From an uncultured Planctomycetales bacterium (lineage in GTDB: Bacteria; Planctomycetota; SZUA-567; JAFGNG01), in contig CAZOBJ010000001.1 of the NCBI GenBank assembly GCA_964577825.1, positions 11,421-75,420 on the forward strand: DNA of 64,000 nucleotides, in the 5' to 3' direction. Below the pieces are notes generated by a model, which ran no database searches, was not told the DNA's origin, and saw nothing but the letters and a program-made list of their open reading frames with translations. The position numbers and the translations under genes are program-made. Shown one piece after another: positions 46,136 to 54,913 of the stretch; position 1 is the stretch's first letter; each line of letters begins with the position of its first letter.

Positions 46136-47473
46136 ATGTTGGGAGGACTGCGGTTGATCGATTTGCTTCTGGGAATGCCCGTGCTGGTGAAGGTGCTGGG
46201 CGCGCTCTCACTGATCCTGGCGTTGAGCCGCGTCTGCAAGCACCTGACCATCGCGGTGTTGGTGGCGGCGGTGGTGCTCGGGCTCTGGTCGGGCCATTCG
46301 CCGGCCTCGATGCTGGACATAGCCTGGCAGCGGGTCAGTTCCTTTGAGGACCTCGTGCTCCTGTTCGTCGTGTTGGAGGTGATCTGGCTCAGTTCGCAGA
46401 TGGCCGCCACGGGCGTGATGGAGGACCTCGTGAAGTCCGTGCGCGGCCGGGTCTCGCGCCGGACCTCGATGGCGGTGCTTCCTGCTGTCATCGGCCTGTT
46501 GCCCATGCCGGGAGGCGCGCTCTTCTCGGCACCGCTGGTGGACAGGTGCGACGAGAACGGTGAGGTGCACCCCGGCCTGAAGGCGCAGACCAACCACTGG
46601 TTCCGTCACATCTGGGAGTACTGGTGGCCCCTGTACCCAGGCGTGCTCCTGGCGATGCAGGAGGCGAAACTGGACATCTGGCAGTTCGTGCTGCTCCAAC
46701 TGCCCCTGACCCTCTTCGCCATCGGCGCCGGCTACCTCTTTCTGCTCCGGCGGATAGAGGGCGGTACGCGAAGAGCCTCTGGGCTGGCCGGCGAGGACGT
46801 GCCGGCCTTCCTGCCCCTGGTACTGCCCATCATAGTGGTCATCGCCTCTTATGCTGTCGTCAGGCTGTCTTACTGGGGAGTTCGGACGGCGTGGATGGGG
46901 GTCCCGGAGATGAACCGCTATCTCCCGATGGCGCTGGGCCTGCTGGCGGCGATTCTTGTGCTTCAGGCCCGCCGGCCCATCGACAGCAGGCGATGGTGGA
47001 AGATACTGTTTGCCCGGCGGGCGATGGCCATGCTCATCATAGTGGCCGCTGTCCGCGTTTACGGGGCGTTCATCGACGCTGAGTTGCCGGGAGGCCAGCC
47101 GCTGGCCGAATTGCTGCGTTTCGAGATGGCCGCCTGGGGCATTCCCCTGATAGCGATCGTGATGCTGCTTCCCCTCGTCAGCGGGCTGGCCACGGGGCTG
47201 TCCATCGGCTTCGTCGGGGCGAGCTTCCCCATCATCGTGAGCCTGCTCGGCCCGGCGCCCTCAACCGGGGCGCTTCTTTCCACCGTGGTGCTGGCCTACG
47301 GGTTCGGATACATGGGGATGCTGCTCTCGCCCGTGCACGTCTGCCTGGTCGTCACGAGCGAGCACTTCGAGACGCGCCTGCTGCGCAACATGGCGGGGCT
47401 GCTGATGCCGGCCATAGCGATGTTGATAGCAGCGTTCTGCATGCACTCCGCCGTGGCGTGGATCTTCCACTGA
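46136..47473 (+). CDS. DUF401-family integral membrane protein (TIGR00529-like)
   Basis: The protein is 445 aa and polytopic. The motif LPAVIGLLPMPGGALFSAPLV is as I recall for DUF401 proteins. Confidence 0.6.
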   Translation: MLGGLRLIDLLLGMPVLVKVLGALSLILALSRVCKHLTIAVLVAAVVLGLWSGHSPASMLDIAWQRVSSFEDLVLLFVVLEVIWLSSQMAATGVMEDLVKSVRGRVSRRTSMAVLPAVIGLLPMPGGALFSAPLVDRCDENGEVHPGLKAQTNHWFRHIWEYWWPLYPGVLLAMQEAKLDIWQFVLLQLPLTLFAIGAGYLFLLRRIEGGTRRASGLAGEDVPAFLPLVLPIIVVIASYAVVRLSYWGVRTAWMGVPEMNRYLPMALGLLAAILVLQARRPIDSRRWWKILFARRAMAMLIIVAAVRVYGAFIDAELPGGQPLAELLRFEMAAWGIPLIAIVMLLPLVSGLATGLSIGFVGASFPIIVSLLGPAPSTGALLSTVVLAYGFGYMGMLLSPVHVCLVVTSEHFETRLLRNMAGLLMPAIAMLIAAFCMHSAVAWIFH

Positions 47474-47488
47474 CACGGGAGCCGGCGC

Positions 47489-48628
47489 TCACCCGAGCGC
47501 CTGCGCCAGGTCGTCCAGCAGCTCCTGCGTGTCGCCGGTCCCCGCGGAGAGCCTGACGGTGTTGGGCTTGACGCCGAAGACGGTCCGCCGCTCCTCGGGC
47601 AGATAGAGCAGAGTACTCACCACGGGAATGCAGGCAAGTGTCTCCGTGCAGCCCAGGCTGACGGCGTGGTAGATCACCCGGAGCTTTTCCACGAACTCCA
47701 TCGCCTCCTGCTGCGTCTCGCCGACGTCGAACGCGAGCATCCCGCCGAAGCCGTCCCGCATCTGGCGGGCGGCTATCTCGTGGCCGGGGTCGGACGGCAG
47801 GCCGGGGTAATAGACCCGGCTGACCCGCGGGTGCTCGGAGAGGAACTCGGCGATGGCCATGGCGTTCTCGGCCATCCTGGGCACGCGCACGTCGAGCGTC
47901 TTCAGTCCCGTGTCCAGGAGCGACGCCGCGAAGGGGCCCAGGCAGGGGCCGATCGCCTGGCGCGTGAACCACAGTTCGTCGTACTGCTCCTTCGTGCGGC
48001 AGACCACCACGCCGGCCATCAGGTTGTTGTGTCCGCCGAGCGCCTTGCTCGCGCTGTGCACGACCAGGTCGGCGCCTAACTCAAGTGGTCGCTGGTGCAG
48101 GGGCGTGGCGAACGTGTTGTCCACGACCAGCCTGGCCCCCACGCCGTCCGCTATCTCCCTGAGCCGCGCGATGTCCACCACCTTCACCAGCGGGTTGCTC
48201 GGCGTCTCGCAGTAAATCATCCGCGTGTTCTGGTGGACGCGCTCAGCGGCCTTGTCTTGATCCCAGGCGTCGAGCCAGGTTACCTCAACGCCGAACTTCT
48301 CCAGGAGCAGGGAGACCTTATAGTTGGCGCCGTAGGTATCGTGGAAGATCAGCAGGTGGTCGCCGGCATTGAGGTAGGTCAGATAGGCCAGGGTTATGGC
48401 GGCCATGCCCGTGCTGGCGATCACGCAGTCGGCGCCGCCCTCCATCGCGGCGATCTGGCGCTCGACGGCGCGGCAGGTCGGGTTGTCGTCGCGCTGGTAG
48501 GTGTAGCCCTCGACGTCGCCCTCGGTTATCCGGTGCAGCAGGTCGAAGGAGCCGAACTCGTAGTTGATCGCCGTCACGATCGGCGTGACCATGGGCCTGT
48601 CGCCCGGCGGCAGGAACGGTTTCTCCAT
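47489..48628 (-). CDS. PLP-dependent trans-sulfuration enzyme (cystathionine gamma-synthase / beta-lyase / gamma-lyase family)
   Basis: This is a Cys/Met-metabolism PLP family member, with the PLP-lysine motif HSASKALGGH and N-terminal YQRDDNPT. Exact specificity cannot be assigned by eye. Confidence 0.85.
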   Translation of the reverse strand: MEKPFLPPGDRPMVTPIVTAINYEFGSFDLLHRITEGDVEGYTYQRDDNPTCRAVERQIAAMEGGADCVIASTGMAAITLAYLTYLNAGDHLLIFHDTYGANYKVSLLLEKFGVEVTWLDAWDQDKAAERVHQNTRMIYCETPSNPLVKVVDIARLREIADGVGARLVVDNTFATPLHQRPLELGADLVVHSASKALGGHNNLMAGVVVCRTKEQYDELWFTRQAIGPCLGPFAASLLDTGLKTLDVRVPRMAENAMAIAEFLSEHPRVSRVYYPGLPSDPGHEIAARQMRDGFGGMLAFDVGETQQEAMEFVEKLRVIYHAVSLGCTETLACIPVVSTLLYLPEERRTVFGVKPNTVRLSAGTGDTQELLDDLAQALG

Positions 48629-48699
48629 GATTCCCGGTCTCCTCAGGGTTGCGGGGGCCGCCCGGCAGCGTTGCCACCAGAGGCGAAAGGTGCGGCGGC

Positions 48700-48727
48700 A
48701 TTATACCGCGCAAAGGCGTCTCATCAA
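48700..48727 (-). promoter_or_regulatory. putative promoter of the trans-sulfuration gene
   Basis: On the minus strand: TTGATG (48727-48722), a 16-nt spacer, then a perfect TATAAT (48705-48700). This gives a ~65-nt leader containing GAGGAG. Confidence 0.4.
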
Positions 48728-48765
48728 GTCCGGGGCCGCCGTTGCGGGAACGAAGCCGCCGTCGT

Positions 48766-50814
48766 TCAGGGGGCGTTCGTCGCGAACTGGATGATCACGT
48801 GATCCGATTCGGCCCCGTCACGGACCTCGATGGGGATACGCACCCGGCCGCCGGATATGTAGCAGAGCCCCGCGTCGTCCGATTCGCAGTGATAGACGGC
48901 GAAGTCCGCCGTCAGTTCAGTGTGGCCGGCTCTGGCCCGGAGGGACAGGCTCAGCCGTACGTCGCCGAGCGTAACCGGCTTCGCGGGCACGCCTGCAAGG
49001 ACGGATTCGTCCGTGGTCTCCAGGGAGACCGAGGACGGCGCGTCGGGCGTCAGTTTCTGCCCGGCGGGCAGATCGACCTCGATGACCAGCTCGACCTGCC
49101 CGGCCCGCACGGCCTGCGCCGGCAGCTCGACCGCCTCCGGCCCGGTCCGGCGTGGCGCGGGCGCCGCGGGCGCCTGGAGCCCCTTGATCTGGAGCGTGCC
49201 GACCCGTCTGCTTGCCAGGTCGGCGACGCGGACGGCGTGGTTGCCCGTGTCCGCGACATAGAGCTTCCCGCCGGCAATGCTGACGCCGCCCGGTTCGTCG
49301 AAGGCAGCCTCCGCGCCGTCCCGCAGCCCGGCCTCACCCGTGCCGAGGAAGGTCTCGGATCGGCGCTCGTCGATGGCTATGCGCTTGATCTTGTTGTTGT
49401 AGGTGTCGGCCACGTAGAGCGCACCCTCGTGGTAGGCGATGCCGAGTGGGTGCTGGAACCGGGCCTGCAGGCCGACGGCGTCCACGTCACCGAAGTCGAA
49501 CAGGTCCCCGCCCGCGATGGTGTCCACGCGTTTCGCGCCGTCCAGGTCGGCGGAGCGGATCGCGCTGACCTCGCTGTCGGCGAAGTAGAGCCTGCGGCCA
49601 TCCGTGGTGATGCCGGACGGCTGGGCAAGCGCGGCCCCGAGCAAGGAGCCGTCCCACCGGGCTTCCCTCCCGGAGCCGGCGTGCGCCTCCAGCACGGCAC
49701 GGGGAGGGGCCAGGCGCCATATCTGGTGCGCGCCCGCCATGGCGATGTAGAGGCCCCCGTCGTGCAGCACCAGGTCCCAGGGCGAGGTGAGCGCGGTCGT
49801 CCTCCCCGGCGCGCTGCCGTCCAGGTAGTGGCCCTGTTCACCCGTCCCGGCGATGGTCGTCACCGTTCGTTCGCGCAGGTCGGCCAGGCGGATGACGTGG
49901 TTCTCGGTGTCGGCGATGTAGAGCCGGTCGCCGTCCAGGGCCATGCCCTGCGGGTGGCGGAAGGCAGCTTGCTCGAACGGGCCGTCGACGAGCCCCTCGG
50001 CCCCGCCGCCGATGGTGTCGAGCAGGCTCCCGTCGGAGAGGGCGACGACGAGGATGCGGTTGTGGTTGGAGTCCGCGACGAACAGCCGCCCGGACGCCTC
50101 GTCCGCCAGCACCTTGCCCGGGAAGGAGAGACCCGTCGCCGGCGGTGCCTGCTCCTCGCCGACGAGCCGCAGCCGTTTCCGGTCCATGAGCCCGCGGGCG
50201 TCGAACTGTGCGACCAGGTCGCGGATTGCGCCGGCGTACGCGTCGTAGACGCCCTCGCCGGAGCGCGGGGGGGCGGCGATCTTGCCGGCAGGGTCGATCA
50301 GGACGGCCGTGGGCCACGCGCGCACGCCGTACAGGTCCCAGACCTCCATGTCGCGGTCGTTGACCACCGCGTGCTCTATCCCGTATCGCAGGATGGCCTG
50401 GCGGATGTTCTCGGTCTGTTGCTCGGCGGTGAACTTGGCCGAGTGGACGCCGATGACGACAAGCTCGTCGGCGAACTCGGCCTCCAGGCGCTTCAGGTCC
50501 GGGATGACGTGCATGCAGTTGATGCAGCAGTAGGTCCAGAAGTCCAGGAGCACGACCTTGCCGCGCAGCTCGTGCAGGTTGAGCGGCCTGCCCGTGTTGA
50601 GCCACGCCAGCCCGGCCGGGAACTCCGGCGCGCTCACGGCCCCGCTGCCCGCCATTGTCTGCTCCCTCCCCGTAAACCCTTGCGAAGCAAGAAACTGCAG
50701 CGCCAGAAGCGTCAGAGTCGCCAGAGCCGCGACGCACGCTGTTCCCCTGATTGACCGCGATACGGCCCCTCGGCAGGACACTGCCATAGCGATTTCCCCG
50801 GACATAACCCCCAT
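48766..50814 (-). CDS. thioredoxin-like (redoxin) domain fused to NHL-repeat beta-propeller, secreted/anchored
   Basis: A hydrophobic N-terminus is followed by a redoxin domain with a CxxC (VVLLDFWTYCCINCMH). Repeated NHL-like units follow (LYVADTGNHAVRV, LYIADTENHVIRL, LFVADSNHNRILV, LYVADTYNNKIKR). The true start may be ATG 50805 or 50787. Confidence 0.8.
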   Translation of the reverse strand: MGVMSGEIAMAVSCRGAVSRSIRGTACVAALATLTLLALQFLASQGFTGREQTMAGSGAVSAPEFPAGLAWLNTGRPLNLHELRGKVVLLDFWTYCCINCMHVIPDLKRLEAEFADELVVIGVHSAKFTAEQQTENIRQAILRYGIEHAVVNDRDMEVWDLYGVRAWPTAVLIDPAGKIAAPPRSGEGVYDAYAGAIRDLVAQFDARGLMDRKRLRLVGEEQAPPATGLSFPGKVLADEASGRLFVADSNHNRILVVALSDGSLLDTIGGGAEGLVDGPFEQAAFRHPQGMALDGDRLYIADTENHVIRLADLRERTVTTIAGTGEQGHYLDGSAPGRTTALTSPWDLVLHDGGLYIAMAGAHQIWRLAPPRAVLEAHAGSGREARWDGSLLGAALAQPSGITTDGRRLYFADSEVSAIRSADLDGAKRVDTIAGGDLFDFGDVDAVGLQARFQHPLGIAYHEGALYVADTYNNKIKRIAIDERRSETFLGTGEAGLRDGAEAAFDEPGGVSIAGGKLYVADTGNHAVRVADLASRRVGTLQIKGLQAPAAPAPRRTGPEAVELPAQAVRAGQVELVIEVDLPAGQKLTPDAPSSVSLETTDESVLAGVPAKPVTLGDVRLSLSLRARAGHTELTADFAVYHCESDDAGLCYISGGRVRIPIEVRDGAESDHVIIQFATNAP

Positions 50815-50817
50815 TCC

Positions 50818-50846
50818 ATTGTAGCGGTTGCCTGCGCCATCGCCAA
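50818..50846 (-). promoter_or_regulatory. putative promoter of the Trx-NHL gene
   Basis: On the minus strand: TTGGCG (50846-50841), a 17-nt spacer, then TACAAT (50823-50818). The -10 lies only 4 nt from ATG 50814, which argues for a downstream ATG as the real start. Confidence 0.25.
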
Positions 50847-50911
50847 CGCTGGAAGGAAACAGGGCGCGGGGTCGGGAGAGGCGTGCAATCGACGGCCGGC
50901 GGGGGAGGGGC

Positions 50912-52042
50912 TCAGTAGCAGCCGTATTCCTCGCAGACCTCGACCAGCCGGACGATGTTCTCGTCGGGCGTGTCGCGCCCGCACTGGTCGCCTGTGGACA
51001 GGATGTACCCGCCGCCTTCCATGGCGGCGTCGAGGCACTTGCGCGCCTCGCGCTCGACGCCCTGGGGGTCCATGCGCAGCATCACTTCCGTGGTGTGCAG
51101 GTTGCCCTTCAGGGCGAGCTTGTGCCCGAACTCCTGTTTGACCTCGCGCAGATCGCAGTCGCCCATGGGGGGGGCTTCCAGCGGGTCTATGCAGTCCAGG
51201 TCCGTCTCGTTCGCGGCGAGCTCGACCAGGGCCCGCTCTTTGCCGCAGGAGTGCAGTGACGTGACGATCCCCGCCGCCTTGAACATGCGGGTCAACTCCA
51301 CGACGGCAGGCAGGGAAATCTCCTTCATGATCTCCACGGACTGCATGGTGATAAGGCCTGAGTTGGGGAAGAAGACGAAGTCGGGCCGCACGTCCTGCTC
51401 GATGACCTGCCGCGCGATGCGCACGAGCCGGTCCGTGACCATCCGGGCGTATTCGACGACGAGGTCGTGATGGTCGTAGTAGTCGTAGAACGCCGCTTCG
51501 GCGGGCTCGCGCATCTGGAACATCAGCATGGGCAGGTCCATGCAGAGCCCGACGACGCCGTCCTCGCCCATGTCGGCCTGGACCTTCCTGTAGCCCTCGA
51601 AGGTGGCCCGGTCCGGGTCCCCCAGCAGGTATTGGAGGCAGTCGAACTGCGCCTCCAGGTCATCTATCCACTTCTTGGTGGGCGTCGGCGCCTCGTCCCG
51701 GAGGAAGGTCTCCTCCTGGGTCAGCTCGCCCGCGGGGCAGCGGAAGTGGTTGCGCACGACGAGCCGTTCGTCCGTCTGCTCCACGATCTCCCGCCGGCCT
51801 TCGGCGTCCGGGCGGCCTGGGACGCCGGGGTAGCCGTGGTGCGAGAAGCCGTCCACGCCGTAATAGCGGACGCAGTCGTTGTATGCCTTCCAGAGGGGCG
51901 GGTCGTGGTAGTAATAGACCTGCCAGAAGGGCACGCTGAGCAGCCGGACGGGGATGAGCCAGTTCGTGTCCGGAGAGGCCGGCACGCGGTCGGGCACGCC
52001 GCCGGTCATCGCGGTCAGCATCCTCTGCCGTCGGGTCATCAT
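50912..52042 (-). CDS. uroporphyrinogen decarboxylase (URO-D) family protein (MtaA/CmuA-like, not HemE by context)
   Basis: The URO-D-like fold is recognisable by eye (MMTRRQRMLTAMTGGVPDRVP... IDPLEAPPMGD...ILSTGDQCGRDTP). The start ATGATGA overlaps the AKR stop. Confidence 0.65.
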   Translation of the reverse strand: MMTRRQRMLTAMTGGVPDRVPASPDTNWLIPVRLLSVPFWQVYYYHDPPLWKAYNDCVRYYGVDGFSHHGYPGVPGRPDAEGRREIVEQTDERLVVRNHFRCPAGELTQEETFLRDEAPTPTKKWIDDLEAQFDCLQYLLGDPDRATFEGYRKVQADMGEDGVVGLCMDLPMLMFQMREPAEAAFYDYYDHHDLVVEYARMVTDRLVRIARQVIEQDVRPDFVFFPNSGLITMQSVEIMKEISLPAVVELTRMFKAAGIVTSLHSCGKERALVELAANETDLDCIDPLEAPPMGDCDLREVKQEFGHKLALKGNLHTTEVMLRMDPQGVEREARKCLDAAMEGGGYILSTGDQCGRDTPDENIVRLVEVCEEYGCY

Positions 52043-52935
52043 CGCGTTCGCCGCTCCGGCCCCGCGGCCTGCGGGTGGATGAACCACGCCCTGCCGGGCT
52101 CCTTCTCGTAGAGGCGCTTGACCCTGTCCAGCAAGTCCCGGCGCTCGGCCTCCGAGAGCGCGCGGCCCTCGCGGGTCACACGCACGTTCTGTTCGAGCTG
52201 CTCCACGTCGTCCACGCCGACAAGCGCCGTCGAGACATCCGGCAGGTCCAGGACAAACCGGAGCGCATCCTCGGCCAGCCCCGCCTCGCCGAACCAGCCG
52301 TGTGCCATCACCTTCATCCCGATCACGCCCACGCCGCGTTCGAGGGCAGCCGGCATGACAGTCTCGTAGAACGGCCGCACGGCGGCCTGCATCGCGCCGA
52401 GGGACACGAGCAGGATGTCGAACGGGTACTCCTCCAACGCCCTGACCAGTATCTCCGGGTTCCGGTGCCCCGTCACGCCGACGAATCGCACGGCGCCGGC
52501 CTGTCGGGACTCCTCAATGGCCCTCAGGGCGCCGTTTGGCCCCATGACCTCCGACAGCTCCTCCTCCCGCGCCAGGTCGTGTATCTGGACGCAGTCGAGC
52601 CTGTCCGTTTGCAGGCGTTCGAGGCTCTGCTCGATCTCGGCGGCCATCCCGTCCCGGTCGCGGCGCAGGCTCTTGGTGGCGAGGAACACCTCGTCGCGCC
52701 GCTCCGCCATTACCAGGCCGATCTTGCGCTCGCTGCCGCGGTAGGTGTGCGCGGTGTCGATGTAGTTGATGCCCAGGTCGAGGGCGCGGTGCACGACGGC
52801 CGCCGCGTGCGCGTCGCTGCGCTGGTTGTACTTGACCCCGCCCAGCGCCACGCAGGTCACGTTGAACCCCGTCCTGCCGAGCGGCCGTGTTGGGAGCCCG
52901 TTAGCCCCTTCCGTCCGTGCCGGTCCCGCACTCAC
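52039..52935 (-). CDS. aldo/keto reductase
   Basis: RPLGRTGFNVTCVALGG...INYIDTAHTYRGSERKIG...FLATK is the AKR N-terminal signature. The start is placed at GTG 52935, overlapping the GH130 stop (GTGA). The rest of ORF 52039..53592 is an antisense or overlap artefact. Confidence 0.8.
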   Translation of the reverse strand: MSAGPARTEGANGLPTRPLGRTGFNVTCVALGGVKYNQRSDAHAAAVVHRALDLGINYIDTAHTYRGSERKIGLVMAERRDEVFLATKSLRRDRDGMAAEIEQSLERLQTDRLDCVQIHDLAREEELSEVMGPNGALRAIEESRQAGAVRFVGVTGHRNPEILVRALEEYPFDILLVSLGAMQAAVRPFYETVMPAALERGVGVIGMKVMAHGWFGEAGLAEDALRFVLDLPDVSTALVGVDDVEQLEQNVRVTREGRALSEAERRDLLDRVKRLYEKEPGRAWFIHPQAAGPERRTR

Positions 52936-54131
52936 CGGAGCCCCATCTCCTTCATGGCCTTCAGGTTCCGGCCTATCAACTCGTCCCTCTGCCGCACGCA
53001 GGCGCAGGAACGCAGTGGGTCCTCCGGCGTGTGGAGGACGTAGTCCAGCAGCCGCTCGACTGTCGTCGTGGCGACGAAGATGCGCGTGTCGGCCGAGCCG
53101 TAGTAGATGAAGACCCGGCCGTCGTCGCGCATCACGGCGCCGTTGCAGAAGACGGCGTTGGAGACGTCGCCCACGCGCTCCTCGTAGCGCGGTGCGATCA
53201 GGTAGCCACCCGGCCGGTGCGTGACGACGCTCGGATCGTCCGGGGAGCAGAGGAACGCGTATAGCACGTAGCGCATCCCGGCTGCCGTGCCGCGCACGCC
53301 GTGCGCGACGTGGAGCCAGCCCTCCTCGGTCTTCAGCGGGGGAGGGCCGTCGCCGTTCTTGGACTCGTTGATCGTGTGGTAGGTCCTGGGGTCGATGACT
53401 TTCTCCTCGTGGACGACGGCGTGCTCGACGTCGTCGCAGAGGGCCCAGGCGATGCCCGCGCCCCTGCCGACCCCCGCGAAGCCCTCCTGCGGGCGCGTGT
53501 AGAAGGCGTAGCGCCCGTCCACGAACTCCGGGTGCAGGACGACGTTGCGCTGCTGCGGGGAGGGCGACTTCAGGTCTTCGAGCCTCTCCCATTCCTCGAG
53601 GTCATGCGTGCGGGCGATGCCGCACTGCGCCACGGCGGAGGACTCGTCCCCGGGCGGCGCGTCCGGGTCCTTGCGCTCGACGCAGAAGACGCCGTAAGTC
53701 CAGCCGTCCTCGTGGCGGGTCAGGCGCATGTCATAGAGATTCGTCCCGGGGGCCTCCGTCTCGGGCATGAGGATGGGATGATCCCGGAAGCGGAATCCGT
53801 CCACGCCGCTCTCGCTCTCGGCGACGGCGAAGAAGGACTTGCGGTCGAGTCCCTCGACTCGGCAGACCAGGCAGATGCGGCCGTCCAGCTCGATGGCGCC
53901 GGGGTTGAAGACGGAGTTCACGCCGAGCCGCTCGATCAGAAGCGGGTTCGTTTCATAGTCGAGGTCGTAGCGCCAGAAGACGGGGACGTGCTCGCGCGTG
54001 ACGACGGGATGCCTGTAACGCTCGTAGAGGCCGTTGAACCAGCGCCCGTCAACATCGTTCCTGCGGCCGAGAAACGCCTCCTGCTCGCGGAACAGCTCCC
54101 GGACCCTTTCCGTGAACGTCTCTCTGTCCAT
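52932..54131 (-). CDS. GH130 beta-mannoside phosphorylase (4-O-beta-D-mannosyl-D-glucose phosphorylase-like)
   Basis: The protein is 399 aa. The N-terminal helix plus five-bladed propeller sequence (NPLLIERLGVNSVFNPGAIELDGRICLVCRVEG...YYGSADTRIFVATTT) matches GH130 subfamily-1 enzymes as I remember them. Confidence 0.8.
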   Translation of the reverse strand: MDRETFTERVRELFREQEAFLGRRNDVDGRWFNGLYERYRHPVVTREHVPVFWRYDLDYETNPLLIERLGVNSVFNPGAIELDGRICLVCRVEGLDRKSFFAVAESESGVDGFRFRDHPILMPETEAPGTNLYDMRLTRHEDGWTYGVFCVERKDPDAPPGDESSAVAQCGIARTHDLEEWERLEDLKSPSPQQRNVVLHPEFVDGRYAFYTRPQEGFAGVGRGAGIAWALCDDVEHAVVHEEKVIDPRTYHTINESKNGDGPPPLKTEEGWLHVAHGVRGTAAGMRYVLYAFLCSPDDPSVVTHRPGGYLIAPRYEERVGDVSNAVFCNGAVMRDDGRVFIYYGSADTRIFVATTTVERLLDYVLHTPEDPLRSCACVRQRDELIGRNLKAMKEMGLR

Positions 54132-54259
54132 CTCTCTTTGATCCCTTTCCGGATGTAGCGGATGTCCGCAACGTCAAAGTAGCGGGTCCAGCGTGTTGGG
54201 GCAAGTGCTGGTCCGGCTGGCAGTGTCGCGCCTGCCTGACGGCGAAGGAGGGTTGCGTC

Positions 54260-54913
54260 TCAGGAATCCCTGCCCGGCAGGCGCCTGCACATTCGGCCGA
54301 CGATCTTCTCGGCGACGCGCTGACGCTGGGGTGAGAGCTCGCCCCCGATGACGGCGCCCGCAATGCCCCCGCCGACGCCCCCGGCGGTCTTGCCCTCCCG
54401 GTCGCCGCCGACCGCCCAGCCGATGCTCGCGCCGATGACGGCGCCCGTCGCCTCGAAGATGGTCCGGTTCGTGCTGCCCGCGCCCGAAGCAGTCCAGAGG
54501 ACTCGCGCGTCGTCCACGTCCACCATCTGCGCCGTGACGGACATCTTGTCGCCGGCGATGGTGAGTTCCCCGTACAGCACCGCGTCCGCGTCGAGCAGGC
54601 GCCGCGCGCGGGCCAGCGCCTCGGGGACGAGCCCGGCGATTTCCTGGAAGTCGCGCTCCTCGAACACAGCCTTCACGTTGCGCCGCTCGACCACGTCGTA
54701 GCCCCTGTCGAGCAGTTCGATGGTGAAGAAATGCGCTATCTGGTTCTTGGCGGCCTCGCTCCACAGGTCGCCGCCGACGTCCACGACGGCGATCTTCCGC
54801 ACCCGCGCGGGGTCGTAGTCCCGCGCGACGGAACTCCGGGTCGAGCCGCACCCGCAGAGCATCCCGGCCAGCAAGACCAGCGCGACGAGCACGGTCGGGC
54901 GGTCGGCCATCAT
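54260..54913 (-). CDS. CsgG/LpoB-like lipoprotein with C-terminal glycine-zipper segment
   Basis: The start ATGATG at 54913 overlaps the upstream stop. A lipobox is present (LAGMLCGCGS). KIAVVDVGGD...FFTIELLDRGYDVVERRNVKAVFEE follows the CsgG/HfaB/LpoB pattern. The tail GAVIGASIGWAVGG...GGVGGGIAGAVIGG is glycine-zipper-like. Confidence 0.6.
   Translation of the reverse strand: MMADRPTVLVALVLLAGMLCGCGSTRSSVARDYDPARVRKIAVVDVGGDLWSEAAKNQIAHFFTIELLDRGYDVVERRNVKAVFEERDFQEIAGLVPEALARARRLLDADAVLYGELTIAGDKMSVTAQMVDVDDARVLWTASGAGSTNRTIFEATGAVIGASIGWAVGGDREGKTAGGVGGGIAGAVIGGELSPQRQRVAEKIVGRMCRRLPGRDS

Noticed and set aside
48629-48699. SAM or other riboswitch in front of the trans-sulfuration gene
   Set aside because: The predicted leader is only ~65 nt, and I could not recognise conserved SAM-I/II/V elements. 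A covariance-model scan would be needed to be sure.
52936-53592. Upstream 219 aa of ORF 52039..53592
   Set aside because: This part overlaps the GH130 gene in another frame and is not AKR-like. The AKR similarity begins right after GTG 52935, which overlaps the GH130 stop.
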